Positions 17,434 through 27,445 of a stretch of DNA of 37,805 nucleotides are shown here, one piece after another (position 1 is the stretch's first letter; every line of letters starts with the position of its first letter). The notes beneath the pieces are model-generated. The model was given only the letters and a program-made list of their open reading frames with translations. It made no database searches and was not told the origin of the DNA. Source of the DNA: Gemmatimonadota bacterium (lineage in GTDB: Bacteria; 4572-55; J002); the NCBI GenBank assembly GCA_003697105.1, contig RFFQ01000072.1, positions 1 to 37,805 on the forward strand, given 5' to 3'. Position numbers and translations under genes: made by a program.

Positions 17434-19620
17434 TTGGCTATAGATGGTATATACAAAGTAGAAGCCGAAATAGATGGACGAATATTTTCCATTGAAACCG
17501 GTCGAATTGCACGACAAGCTGATGGCGCGGTATTAGTACAGTATGGCGATACGGTAGTCCTCGTTGCCGCCGTTGCCGCGAAAGAAGCGGATCCAAATCG
17601 CGGTTTTTTTCCGTTGGTCGTCGATTATCGAGAAAAAACCTATGCTGCCGGTAAAATTCCGGGAGGATTTTATAAACGAGAAGGTCGTCCCCGGGATAAA
17701 GAAATTTTAAGTGCCCGGCAAATTGACCGCCCCATCCGTCCTTTGTTCCCCGATGGATTTATGAATGAAACTCAGATCATGGTCTCGGTCTTATCGTCGG
17801 ATCAGGAGCATGACTCGGATGTGTTGGGAATCGTCGGTGCTTCTGCCGCTTTGACTATTTCTGATATTCCGTTCTTGGAAACCATTGCTGGTGTTCGGGT
17901 CGGACGGGTTGACGGGCGATGGATTATCAATCCCACGTTTCAAGAGCGCGAAGAAAGTGATATGGATTTGGTCATCGCCGGTACGGAAACCTCCCTGATG
18001 ATGGTTGAAGGGGAAGCAAACGAAATTTCAGAAGCAGATTTACTTGCCGCTTTGGAGCACGGTCATAAAGCGATTATTCAACTGATTCAACTGCAACAGC
18101 AGTTGGTGGATGCCATCGGCGGTGTCACAAAGCGCGAAGTACCGGTAGTGGAAAAAGATGATGCCTTGATTAGCCGGGTCATGGAACTAGGGCATGGACG
18201 TATTATAGAAGCCAATCAAATTGCGGATAAACACCTCCGTAGTAAAACCATCGAGGAACTGCAAGATGAAGTGATTGAGCAACTCGGTGAGGAATATCCC
18301 GAACAAAACGACCAAATCTTGGCGATTTTAAGCGAGATCGAGAAAAAAGAACTCCGCCGGATGATTCTGGAAAAAGGAATCCGCTCCGATGGGCGGGATT
18401 TAGATACTGTACGACCCATTACCATTGAAACTGGTATTTTGCCACGAACCCACGGTTCGGCGCTGTTTACACGCGGGCAAACCCAAGCCTTAGTTGTGGC
18501 GACTCTGGGGACAAAAGGGGACGAACAAATTATTGATGATTTGGAAGGTGAATCATCCAAACGATTTATGCTTCATTACAATTTCCCCCCCTATTCCGTG
18601 GGAGAAACCCGCCCTATTCGGGGTCCTGGACGCCGCGAAATTGGTCACGGGATGCTAGCGGAGCGCTCACTCTCTTCCATCCTACCCGATGAAACCGATT
18701 TCCCTTATACCATTCGGGTGGTTTCCGACATCACCGAATCAAATGGCTCCTCGTCCATGGCAACGGTTTGCGGCGGTACGCTGTCCATGATGGATGCTGG
18801 TGTACCCATTAAAGCCCCCGTCGCCGGTATTGCAATGGGGTTGATTAAAGAAGGTGATGATTTCGCCGTCCTGACCGATATTTTAGGCTTAGAAGACCAT
18901 CTGGGTGATATGGATTTCAAAGTTGCCGGAACCCGTCAGGGAATAACGGGCTTTCAGATGGACATCAAAATCCAGGGGATTACCTTTGAAATTATGAAAA
19001 TCGCCCTCGAAAAAGCCAATAACGCTCGTATGTTTATCTTAGATAAAATGGAAGAGGCAATTGCGGCACCCCGCGAGGAACTTTCACCGTATGCGCCACG
19101 GATTATCACCATGAAAATTAATCCCGATAAAATCCGGGATGTTATTGGTTCCGGGGGTAAAGTGATCCGAAAAATCATCGAAGATACCGGAGCAACTATC
19201 GATATTGAAGATGATGGGACGGTGCGCATTGCTAGCGTGGATCAAGCGGGAGGCCAGAAAGCCAAAACCATCATTGAACGACTTACAGAAGATGTTGAGT
19301 TAGGTAAACTCTATATGGGTGTGGTAAAACGGGTGGTTGATTTTGGGGCTTTTATTGAAGTCCTCCCCAATCAAGAAGGATTATGTCACATCTCCGAACT
19401 CGAATATGGACGGGTAAATACCGTTCGGGATGTATTGAATGAGGGCGATGAGGTTTTGGTGAAAGTGATCGGCATCGATGATCAGGGTAAAATCAAGGTC
19501 AGCCGGAAAGATGCCATGGAACCCCCGCCCGGGTGGACTCCACCTCCCCCACGAGAAAAAAGTAGTGGTGGACGCCGCGGAGGGAATCGCCGCAGTGGTG
19601 GTGGGAATCGCCGCCGGTAA
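17434..19620 (+). CDS. pnp: Polyribonucleotide nucleotidyltransferase (PNPase); probable TTG start 17434, ORF open from 17419
   Basis: FFPLVVDYREK, HGSALFTRGQTQ, ESNGSSSMA, DHLGDMDFKVAGT, KH and S1 domains. Confidence 0.98.
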   Translation: MAIDGIYKVEAEIDGRIFSIETGRIARQADGAVLVQYGDTVVLVAAVAAKEADPNRGFFPLVVDYREKTYAAGKIPGGFYKREGRPRDKEILSARQIDRPIRPLFPDGFMNETQIMVSVLSSDQEHDSDVLGIVGASAALTISDIPFLETIAGVRVGRVDGRWIINPTFQEREESDMDLVIAGTETSLMMVEGEANEISEADLLAALEHGHKAIIQLIQLQQQLVDAIGGVTKREVPVVEKDDALISRVMELGHGRIIEANQIADKHLRSKTIEELQDEVIEQLGEEYPEQNDQILAILSEIEKKELRRMILEKGIRSDGRDLDTVRPITIETGILPRTHGSALFTRGQTQALVVATLGTKGDEQIIDDLEGESSKRFMLHYNFPPYSVGETRPIRGPGRREIGHGMLAERSLSSILPDETDFPYTIRVVSDITESNGSSSMATVCGGTLSMMDAGVPIKAPVAGIAMGLIKEGDDFAVLTDILGLEDHLGDMDFKVAGTRQGITGFQMDIKIQGITFEIMKIALEKANNARMFILDKMEEAIAAPREELSPYAPRIITMKINPDKIRDVIGSGGKVIRKIIEDTGATIDIEDDGTVRIASVDQAGGQKAKTIIERLTEDVELGKLYMGVVKRVVDFGAFIEVLPNQEGLCHISELEYGRVNTVRDVLNEGDEVLVKVIGIDDQGKIKVSRKDAMEPPPGWTPPPPREKSSGGRRGGNRRSGGGNRRR

Positions 19621-19646
19621 TCCTCTCCAAAAATATCATCGTTCTG

Positions 19647-19675
19647 AACCTGCCGGTATGCTGGCAGGTTTTTTT
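19647..19675 (+). terminator. Intrinsic terminator after pnp
   Basis: AACCTGCCGG-TATG-CTGGCAGGTT followed by a T-run. Confidence 0.85.
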
Positions 19676-19698
19676 ATGGTGCTAATTCAGGTTTGCTT

Positions 19699-20637
19699 AT
19701 GGTTACATGGCAACGTTTCGTTCTTTATATCGGGATGATCTTAGTTTTCGGGAGTTCACCCCTTTCAGCGCAATGGCACGTTCTTGAGGATTCCCACTTT
19801 CGGATTGAATACCGTCCGCCGGCGGAACAGTTGGCAAAAACCGTCCAAAAAACGTTGCACCGGGTGCGGTTGCCAATCGTTAGCTCAATAGATTATCGTC
19901 CCACCGCCCAGACCCGGGTGATTATCTGTTCTACCGAAGATGATTTTACGACCGTAACAGGTGGATTCGCGCCTGAATGGGGTGTCGGTGTGGCATTTCC
20001 GGCACAAAATTTAATCGTACTCAAATCGCCCCGGATTACACACGCCTTGGAACGGTTGCCTACCGTTGTGGCGCACGAATACGTCCATATTGTGTTCGGT
20101 CAAGCGGTTGCTGGAAAATCCGTACCTCGTTGGTTCCATGAAGGACTTGCCATGTATCATGCCAAGGAACTGGGCTTAACCGAGACGCTTTCGCTCAGTT
20201 GGGTGAGCGTGACACACAAATTGCTTCCGTTAGATGATATTTCGCAGAGTTTTCCGGCGGAAACCAATGCCGCCCGCATGGCATACATGCAAAGTCGATC
20301 CACCATCAGTTTTATTATTGAACAGTACGGCGAAGACCATCTCCGAGAATTGGTGCGTCACATTCGCACTACGCAACAGTTTGAACATGCGATACTTCTT
20401 ACGTTTCATTATAATTTGGATACGTTTGAGCAAAACTGGCGCACGTATGTGCGCGGTCGTTGGAATTGGTGGACACTTGCGGCAAACACCTCGTTTCTTT
20501 GGTTAACGGCGACAATGCTGTTTCTGATTGCGTATTGGCGCAAACGCCGGCAAACACGCCAAATTATCAAACAGTGGGAATCGGAAGAGGATTGGCTAGG
20601 GCTTAGTGATGAGGAATACCGTGATATTTGGTCGTAA
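19699..20637 (+). CDS. Peptidase MA clan (gluzincin) metallopeptidase with signal peptide and C-terminal TM anchor
   Basis: AHEYVH...PRWFHEGLA zinc motif, N-terminal signal, C-terminal hydrophobic helix followed by RKRR. Start uncertain (19693/19699/19735). Confidence 0.85.
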   Translation: MVTWQRFVLYIGMILVFGSSPLSAQWHVLEDSHFRIEYRPPAEQLAKTVQKTLHRVRLPIVSSIDYRPTAQTRVIICSTEDDFTTVTGGFAPEWGVGVAFPAQNLIVLKSPRITHALERLPTVVAHEYVHIVFGQAVAGKSVPRWFHEGLAMYHAKELGLTETLSLSWVSVTHKLLPLDDISQSFPAETNAARMAYMQSRSTISFIIEQYGEDHLRELVRHIRTTQQFEHAILLTFHYNLDTFEQNWRTYVRGRWNWWTLAANTSFLWLTATMLFLIAYWRKRRQTRQIIKQWESEEDWLGLSDEEYRDIWS

Positions 20638-20638
20638 T

Positions 20639-20689
20639 TACCCGGTAAAATACGTTGTTGAGGCTGGACGTTGTGTATTTTACCGGGTA
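20639..20689. repeat. 15-bp perfect inverted repeat with 21-nt spacer
   Basis: TACCCGGTAAAATAC (20639-20653) ... GTATTTTACCGGGTA (20675-20689). Confidence 0.8.
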
Positions 20690-20768
20690 GCCGCAAAAGC
20701 GCCATCCTACCGGCGTATCCCCCCCATCCTGCAAAAGTGATGACACCGTACTTAATACCATTATTCGC

Positions 20769-20797
20769 TTGACGTTAGGTTGTATTTCGGTTATTCT
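20769..20797 (+). promoter_or_regulatory. Putative sigma70 promoter for the histidine kinase
   Basis: TTGACG, 17 bp spacer, TATTCT. Confidence 0.6.
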
Positions 20798-20842
20798 CCT
20801 CTTGACCGGATTCGGTTTAACCCCCTCTCTTTGTTGAAGATA

Positions 20843-22477
20843 ATGCCTGAAATTAGTAAAATCCAAACCATCATTGATTTTCCTCCACCCGACATTCAGA
20901 ATCTTCCTTTTGAAGGGAATCGGAATGAACTAGCGGTGTTATATCGTATCAGTGAATCGTTGAAGAACTTTGTGAATGTTCAGGAATCACTGGATATTAC
21001 GCTCGAAATTCTGATGCGGGAAATGCGGTTGGAAGAAACCCGGATCGTATTGTTGGAAGACCGGATCGACCTCCGCTATACGCTGTCGGTCATGGACCGG
21101 GATAGTGGTGTAGTAAACAAATTTCATGAGGCATTAAAACAATTGACGGAACATGTCGAGTTGTGGGACATTGAGGGTAATTACCTGATTGAGAAACTAA
21201 CACAACGGTTGATCTTCTCTGAACAGGAGCTTCAAAAGCTGGCTACATACTTCTTTTTCCCATTAACGGTTGAAGAGGATGTGTTCGGCGTGATGATGGT
21301 GCGCAAAACCATTGGAGAGAAGCGTCTGAGCCGCGATCAACAAGAAGTTCTCCGAATTATTGCCGAGACTATTGCCCGTGCGATTGCTATTCGCAGTGCG
21401 TTAGATCGGGAGGAAAGCCTTCAGCATTATAACCAATTGTTGCTGGATAGCATCAGTGATGGGGTTATGACGGTTGATCTGTATGGTATCATCAAGACCG
21501 TGAATCCAGCAATGCTGAATATCTTAGAATGTGATGCGGCGTCTGTGCTGGAACAACCGTGTGACCGGATTTTTGCCCGCAATACCACATTGAGCCAGTT
21601 ATTTTCCCGATCTATGGGTACCCGGCAAGAACTGATTGAACCGGATTACGAACTAGAATTTACCGATGGTCGGGTGAAATACCTTGAACTACGGATTTTT
21701 CCCCTGATCCAAAATGAACTTGTCGGTGCCGCCGCCGTTATGCGCGATGTGACCAACGAGCGTATTTTGGCAAAAATGATGTATCAGACGCAAAAACTTA
21801 CTGTCTTGGGGGAACTCGCTGCCGTTACTGCTCACGAAATTAATAACCCTCTCTTTGGGATTATCAATTATTTAGAAGTGGTCTTGATGGATGAATCAAT
21901 TCAGGGACAAAGTCGTGAATATTTGGGTGTCGCGCGGGATGAATTAAACCGGCTGGGGAAAATTGTCAAAAACTTGTCTGGGATGAGTCGTGACACCAAA
22001 GTTGCCTTGCAAGAAACCTATCTTAATGATGTCGTCCAACAAGCTGTGCTCATTGTCTCGCCCAAAGCTGAAAAAGCCCAAATTCAGATTATCGAAGAAT
22101 ATACCGAAGAATTACCCTTAATCACTGTTGATGCGGGCCAATTGGAACAAGTATTTATCAATTTACTGTTAAACGCGGTTCAATCGTTCCCCGCACCGGG
22201 GGTGACACACCCCCAAATAAAGGTCTCTACCAAGACTCAGCGCCGCAAAATGAAACCTTACGTTTGCATCCATATTGAAGATAATGGTTGCGGGATTCCG
22301 GTAGCTATTCAGGAAAAAGTATTTGAGCCGTTTTATACAACCAGACAGGAAGCTGGCGGTAGTGGGTTAGGGCTTTCTGTTAGCCAAAATATTATCTATA
22401 ATCATGGCGGGCGGATTGTGTTTCAAAGCCAAGAAGGAAACGGCACCACGTTCATCGTGGAACTACCTTTAGATTAA
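20843..22477 (+). CDS. Cytoplasmic sensor histidine kinase (GAF-PAS-HisKA-HATPase, NtrB-like); ORF open from 20780
   Basis: H-box AHEINNPL, N-box QVFINLLLNA, G1 DNGCGI, F-box FEPFYTT, G2 GSGLGL, PAS (SISDGVMTVD...NPA). No TM segments. Confidence 0.92.
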   Translation: MPEISKIQTIIDFPPPDIQNLPFEGNRNELAVLYRISESLKNFVNVQESLDITLEILMREMRLEETRIVLLEDRIDLRYTLSVMDRDSGVVNKFHEALKQLTEHVELWDIEGNYLIEKLTQRLIFSEQELQKLATYFFFPLTVEEDVFGVMMVRKTIGEKRLSRDQQEVLRIIAETIARAIAIRSALDREESLQHYNQLLLDSISDGVMTVDLYGIIKTVNPAMLNILECDAASVLEQPCDRIFARNTTLSQLFSRSMGTRQELIEPDYELEFTDGRVKYLELRIFPLIQNELVGAAAVMRDVTNERILAKMMYQTQKLTVLGELAAVTAHEINNPLFGIINYLEVVLMDESIQGQSREYLGVARDELNRLGKIVKNLSGMSRDTKVALQETYLNDVVQQAVLIVSPKAEKAQIQIIEEYTEELPLITVDAGQLEQVFINLLLNAVQSFPAPGVTHPQIKVSTKTQRRKMKPYVCIHIEDNGCGIPVAIQEKVFEPFYTTRQEAGGSGLGLSVSQNIIYNHGGRIVFQSQEGNGTTFIVELPLD

Positions 22478-23094
22478 CGAAAAATGTCAACACCCTCTGG
22501 AGGATCAAATTGAAATAGACTTGAGTCTGCTGGAAGTGTGGTCGTTACATTTGAGAATGTATAACGGGTGATATTCCCGTTTTGGTCGAGTGTTTCAATT
22601 TGATACGGCAGATACGTATCCTGAGCGATCCACGCTTTAATACGTTTTGTAATGCCATCGGATTGGTGGGGGGTTAAGACAAGTTGGTAACACTGGGTGG
22701 CACTGACCACATCATCGTCAAGTCGTTCCGCCCGGGAATTCTCAAAATAATGGTATAAAAAATTATCAGATGACATCAGCGGTGAAATTTGAACCTGATT
22801 GAGTTCCGGAGTGTACAACCAGACCGAATCTCCGTTGGATACGATCAACTGTGAATCAGGCGCTGCATAGCTGATTCGGAATAGATTCGGTGCTTTCATA
22901 ATGATGGTGCCGTGGGTGGTTTGGGTTCTATTGAGAACCTCTATAATGCGGGTTTGGGTCAGTTTGGCGGTAAATCCCCCTTTGTTCTGGTATGTTTCAA
23001 GGGTGTGTTCGATGATCTCCTCCGGGCTGATAGCGAACGTGGGGGTAACAAAGACGATCATAACTCCTATCAAGAGAAAAGGTGCGATTTTCAT
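22474..23094 (-). CDS. lolA: Outer-membrane lipoprotein carrier protein LolA
   Basis: Signal peptide, PNLFRISY..PDSQLIVSNGDSVWLY.PELNQV, and C-terminal FQFDPPEGVD. Confidence 0.85.
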   Translation of the reverse strand: MKIAPFLLIGVMIVFVTPTFAISPEEIIEHTLETYQNKGGFTAKLTQTRIIEVLNRTQTTHGTIIMKAPNLFRISYAAPDSQLIVSNGDSVWLYTPELNQVQISPLMSSDNFLYHYFENSRAERLDDDVVSATQCYQLVLTPHQSDGITKRIKAWIAQDTYLPYQIETLDQNGNITRYTFSNVTTTLPADSSLFQFDPPEGVDIFR

Positions 23095-23319
23095 CTGGAC
23101 TCCTTATAAATTCAGTGAAACAAATATACTTACAACAATGACGAGACTTCGGCGGGTTACTTTCAAATTTTTATTGCGTTCCGGCGATTTTTTCGTTACC
23201 AATACAGGGCAATTATACCGTGTGAATGACGGTAACGCAAGGCTCTTCAACTTTTTATATTGACAAAATCTTCAAAAACATGTATTGATCCAAAAATGGT
23301 AAGGAGGTGAAACAACGCG

Positions 23320-23553
23320 ATGAGTGATGTCGAAAAAAGAGTTAAAGAAATCATTGTTGAGCAACTGGGTGTTAGCGCTGAGCAAGTAACGTCAGATGCT
23401 CACTTTGTCGAAGATTTAGGTGCTGATTCGCTGGATACGGTCGAATTAGTTATGGCTCTTGAAGAAGCATTTGACGTGGAAATTCCAGACGAAGATGCCG
23501 AAAAGATCGAAACTGTGGGCAACGCAATTGCTTACATCAAAGAGCGTGCATAA
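23320..23553 (+). CDS. acpP: Acyl carrier protein
   Basis: [14 protein letters not shown] phosphopantetheine site. AAGGAGGTG RBS; TTGACA at 23260. Confidence 0.98.
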   Translation: MSDVEKRVKEIIVEQLGVSAEQVTSDAHFVEDLGADSLDTVELVMALEEAFDVEIPDEDAEKIETVGNAIAYIKERA

Positions 23554-23573
23554 TTTTAAGTAGTATCTTATCG

Positions 23574-23604
23574 AGGAGTCCTAGCCGTTCCGGTCAGGAC
23601 TCCT
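23574..23604 (+). terminator. Intergenic hairpin between acpP and fabF (weak terminator or stabiliser)
   Basis: AGGAGTCCT-AGCCG-TTC-CGGTC-AGGACTCCT followed by TATTCTTT. Confidence 0.6.
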
Positions 23605-23650
23605 TATTCTTTAAAATGATGGTTTTAGTAGAGTTATGGAGGGTTGACCA

Positions 23651-24895
23651 TTGCAATTGAATCGACGTGTGGTAGTGACAGGCTTAGGAGCATTGACCCC
23701 ATTGGGGTTATCCGTAGAAGAATATTGGGAAAATTTAAAAAAGGGTGTCAGTGGGATTGCACCCATTACCTATTTTGATGCTTCTGATCAGGCGACACAG
23801 ATTGCTGGAGAGTTAAAAGGTTTTGATGCCGTAAAGGCTATTGGTAAAAAAGAGTCCCGCCGGATGGACCCCTATACCCAATATGCGGTGGTAAGTGCCC
23901 AGATGGCTATCGAAGATGCCCAGTTATCTGACGGGCAATTCGACCCAGACCGTTTTGGTGTGGTATTGGGGAGCGGCATTGGCGGGATCATCACTTTTGA
24001 ACAGCAACATTCAGTCTTGATGGAAAAGGGACCCCGCCGGGTGAGTCCTTTTTTTGTCCCCATGATGATCGCCGATATGGCAGCAGGTGAGGTCTCCATC
24101 CGGCATCATGCCAAGGGACCCAATTTCGCGACCGTTTCGGCGTGTGCCAGTGGGGCACATGCTATCGGAGAGGCGTATCGCATTATCCAACGGGGTGATG
24201 CGGAAGTCATGCTTACCGGCGGTTCCGAGGCACCGATTTCGCCTATTTCCATTGCTGGATTTAGTTCGATGAAAGCGATGTCAACCCGTAACCATGAGCC
24301 GGAACGTGCCAGCCGTCCGTTCGATGCTGAACGGGACGGTTTTGTTCCCGGAGAAGGGGCGGGAATTCTTATTTTGGAAGAACTCAACCATGCTTTGCAA
24401 CGAAATGCTAAAATTTATGCCGAAATTGTTGGGTATGGGCTTAGTGGTGACGCGTATCATATCACATCGCCGGCGCCCGGGGGTGAAGGCGCGGTACGCA
24501 GTATGAAATTGGCATTGCGAGGATTGGACCCAAAGAATGTGGACTATATTAACGCCCATGGAACCTCAACGCCGTACAACGATAAAAATGAAACTGAAGC
24601 CATTAAAGCTGTCTTTGGTGACCATGCCCGGAAGTTGGCAATTAGCTCCACAAAATCCATGACCGGACATTTACTCGGTGCTTCCGGTGGGATTGAATTT
24701 GTAGCAACGGTCTTAGCCGTTAAACACGATATTCTGCCACCGACAATCAATTATGAAAACCCGGATCCGGAATGTGATTTGGATTATGTTCCCAATGTAG
24801 CGCGAAAACAGACGGTAAATCTGGCTATTAGCAATTCCTTTGGCTTCGGTGGGCATAATGTCACTTTAGCCGCTCAAAAATTTACAAATTCATAA
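23651..24895 (+). CDS. fabF: 3-oxoacyl-ACP synthase II (TTG start)
   Basis: [15 protein letters not shown] (Cys), [23 protein letters not shown]. Confidence 0.97.
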   Translation: MQLNRRVVVTGLGALTPLGLSVEEYWENLKKGVSGIAPITYFDASDQATQIAGELKGFDAVKAIGKKESRRMDPYTQYAVVSAQMAIEDAQLSDGQFDPDRFGVVLGSGIGGIITFEQQHSVLMEKGPRRVSPFFVPMMIADMAAGEVSIRHHAKGPNFATVSACASGAHAIGEAYRIIQRGDAEVMLTGGSEAPISPISIAGFSSMKAMSTRNHEPERASRPFDAERDGFVPGEGAGILILEELNHALQRNAKIYAEIVGYGLSGDAYHITSPAPGGEGAVRSMKLALRGLDPKNVDYINAHGTSTPYNDKNETEAIKAVFGDHARKLAISSTKSMTGHLLGASGGIEFVATVLAVKHDILPPTINYENPDPECDLDYVPNVARKQTVNLAISNSFGFGGHNVTLAAQKFTNS

Positions 24896-24905
24896 TCATC
24901 AAGCC

Positions 24906-25187
24906 ATGACTGAACCGGTATCCGCACACATTAGGGTCAAAGGACGTGTTCAAGGGGTTGGATTTCGGTGGTTCACCCAGCAAACCGCCCAACAACTAGG
25001 TCTAACCGGTAATGTTCGTAATCTCTATTCTGGCGAAGTTGAAATTAATGTTGAAGGCGATAAAGCAACGATTATGCGCCTCATCGATACCGTAAAAGTA
25101 GGCACTTCCCTTGCTGGAGTGGAGGGTGTGGACGTTCAATGGGGTGCATATCGCGGCCAATACCCTCAATTTTCTATTGAATTTTGA
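24906..25187 (+). CDS. acyP: Acylphosphatase
   Basis: GRVQGVGFR and GNVRN motifs; 93 aa. Confidence 0.95.
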   Translation: MTEPVSAHIRVKGRVQGVGFRWFTQQTAQQLGLTGNVRNLYSGEVEINVEGDKATIMRLIDTVKVGTSLAGVEGVDVQWGAYRGQYPQFSIEF

Positions 25188-25211
25188 CTCTTCAGGTGAA
25201 AGCACGATCCG

Positions 25212-27380
25212 ATGTATCGACACCGTCTGCTTGTTATTACCATTCTTACCATTCTCCTTTTACCCTCTCTCAGTTTTGCCACGCATCCGGTGGTTGAATC
25301 CTGCCGAAATGCCGCTTTTGAATACAGCTTATTGGAAGATTTAGATGAACCGGCATTAGCTGAAAAATTGCAGCAAGAACCCGAAAATGCATTTGTGTAT
25401 TTCCGTCTGGCGGCGTTAAAAGATGCCCGGAATGATACCGCCCGAACTGAATTTTATTTTCAGCGCGCCCGAACCTTAGCGGGTGATGATATTGGTAAAC
25501 ACTGGGTAATCGCCCAAGGGTTCCTAGATTTGGGATACTGGCGGTATGCTGATGCGGAACAAACGTTGGATAAAATTTATGATTTGAAGCTCGATTTAGG
25601 GGGCGAAGTCCTGCCCCTCATCCCTCATGCGTTATTGAGCCGGGCATACACAATGTTACGATCTGCGAAAAGTTCGGCCGATTTTTATCATGTCCAGACC
25701 TTATTTGAAACCGCCATTCGGTTAGACCCTACGCTACTTTCGCCTCGATTTTCACTCCTATGGGTTGCGTTCAAACGGCTTGATTTTCATGGTGTTTCTA
25801 AAGAAGCCAAGCACCTTTATACCATTTTTCAGAATAGTATCTACCACCAGTTTTTACTCTGGCTAAATCTTTATCATCTTGTGTTTGCAATCCTTTACTT
25901 AACCCTCATCACCTTTGTGTTTTTCTTGTTAGGGAAGTATTATCCCAAAACGTTTCATCGCATTCTGGAAATTTTACCTAAAGGGATGCCCACTCCGGTA
26001 AAATTTGGTGTGGGTAGCGCGATTACCGGGTTACCCCTGATTTTGTTTATCGGGTTAGATATTATCTGGTTAGCCTTATTGGCAATCGTGGCGGTCTGGA
26101 TTTATCTCAAACCGTTTGAACGTAATTCGGCGATTTTGCTCGTTGTATTTGGGTTGTGTACGCCGTTTATTTCGCAATATGTGGGAGAGTGGCTGTCGGT
26201 GCCTTTTAACGCCAAGTCCAAGTTTGCGATAGTCAACCAAGCCATAGAGTCCAGTTGGGACCCAGATTTAGCTTCCGAAATTCAAGACCGCTTGGAAACA
26301 TATCCCGATGATAAAGATTATCTGTTCAGTTTAGCCGTGTTGTACAAACGCAAAGGCGACTTGGAAATTGCCCGCCGTATCTATGAACGGTTGGCAAATT
26401 CGTATCAGGAATCCGTCTTTTTCAATAACTTAGGTAATGTCTATTTTTTGCTGGGGCGGGAAAAAGATGCCTATGATATGTACAACTATGCGATTCATCT
26501 CGCCACGACAAATGAATTTCGGGATATTGCCGAGCCTTATTATAACCTGAATGAATATCATAACGAACAATTTGACTTAACCCAATCGATGGAAGCCCGG
26601 CGACGCGCCGGTGAAATTGATCCGTCTTTATTGGATCGATTCCGGGAAATCCGTAAACCTGAAAATCACAACCGTTATTTAGCTGACATGTATTTCCAAC
26701 CGGAACACATGCGGGACTTAGTTTCCGCTAGTTTTGTAGAGGGTGTTCGGGGGCAACAAGCCACCGGATTTTGGACTGCAGGGATCATTAGTGGCTTCTC
26801 TGCCGAAAGTTTGATGGGTCCCGGGGTGGCATTGGTTATTATCTTCTTGTTGTATGTGTTGGTGTTTCGGCGTCAGAAAGAGCTTGGCTCCCCCGATATG
26901 GAATGTTCCGTGTGCCAAGCTCCGATCACGAAAAAATCACGCCGGATGATGAAAAGTGAAATTCTTTGCCCTTCCTGTTATGGCATTTTAAGCGGAGTAC
27001 GGCGACCCGGTATGCAACAACATTTGCGAGAAAAGCTTGTCCGCACCGCGGAAAAGAAACGCTTACTCATCACACGGGTCTTTTCGCTGTTTCCGGGAGG
27101 CGGTCATATTTTCCGGGGATACTTAGGTATGGGTTTATTTAGTATCGGGTTTACTTATGTGGGAATTTTGTTGTGGTATAATAATGGAGTCTTTGTACCG
27201 CAAATGCCCCATTTGAACTATGGGGACTATCCAGATTCAATTCGTTTAGCAATGTTGGGCGTCATTTGGGGAATCTTTTATATCACGGTTTTTCACAATG
27301 CCACCAAAATACGCCCGCAACCCCTGAAAAAAGAGACGGTTGTAGAAGAAGAATCTTATTTGGGCTTGGACGAAGAATAA
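25212..27380 (+). CDS. Multi-pass membrane protein with TPR domains and a CxxC-x17-CxxC zinc-ribbon
   Basis: Signal peptide, TPR-like motifs (FFNNLGNVY), several TM helices, CSVC...CPSC, and FPGGGHIFRG (TM2-like). Confidence 0.75.
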   Translation: MYRHRLLVITILTILLLPSLSFATHPVVESCRNAAFEYSLLEDLDEPALAEKLQQEPENAFVYFRLAALKDARNDTARTEFYFQRARTLAGDDIGKHWVIAQGFLDLGYWRYADAEQTLDKIYDLKLDLGGEVLPLIPHALLSRAYTMLRSAKSSADFYHVQTLFETAIRLDPTLLSPRFSLLWVAFKRLDFHGVSKEAKHLYTIFQNSIYHQFLLWLNLYHLVFAILYLTLITFVFFLLGKYYPKTFHRILEILPKGMPTPVKFGVGSAITGLPLILFIGLDIIWLALLAIVAVWIYLKPFERNSAILLVVFGLCTPFISQYVGEWLSVPFNAKSKFAIVNQAIESSWDPDLASEIQDRLETYPDDKDYLFSLAVLYKRKGDLEIARRIYERLANSYQESVFFNNLGNVYFLLGREKDAYDMYNYAIHLATTNEFRDIAEPYYNLNEYHNEQFDLTQSMEARRRAGEIDPSLLDRFREIRKPENHNRYLADMYFQPEHMRDLVSASFVEGVRGQQATGFWTAGIISGFSAESLMGPGVALVIIFLLYVLVFRRQKELGSPDMECSVCQAPITKKSRRMMKSEILCPSCYGILSGVRRPGMQQHLREKLVRTAEKKRLLITRVFSLFPGGGHIFRGYLGMGLFSIGFTYVGILLWYNNGVFVPQMPHLNYGDYPDSIRLAMLGVIWGIFYITVFHNATKIRPQPLKKETVVEEESYLGLDEE

Positions 27381-27445
27381 TCCCTCGTGATTTTTATTCA
27401 TTTCGACCCTAAATTTTTTAATTTGCGAAAAAAGGATGACCTTGA

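Noticed and set aside
20690..20745. Possible c-di-GMP-I riboswitch (GCAAA motifs)
   Set aside because: The GNRA tetraloop/receptor and P1/P2 pairing could not be built.
20409..20866. Two short minus-strand ORFs spanning the peptidase-kinase gap
   Set aside because: They overlap confident + strand genes and have no protein-like features.
22901..23263. 120-aa + strand ORF upstream of acpP
   Set aside because: It is mostly antisense to lolA and runs through the divergent promoter region.
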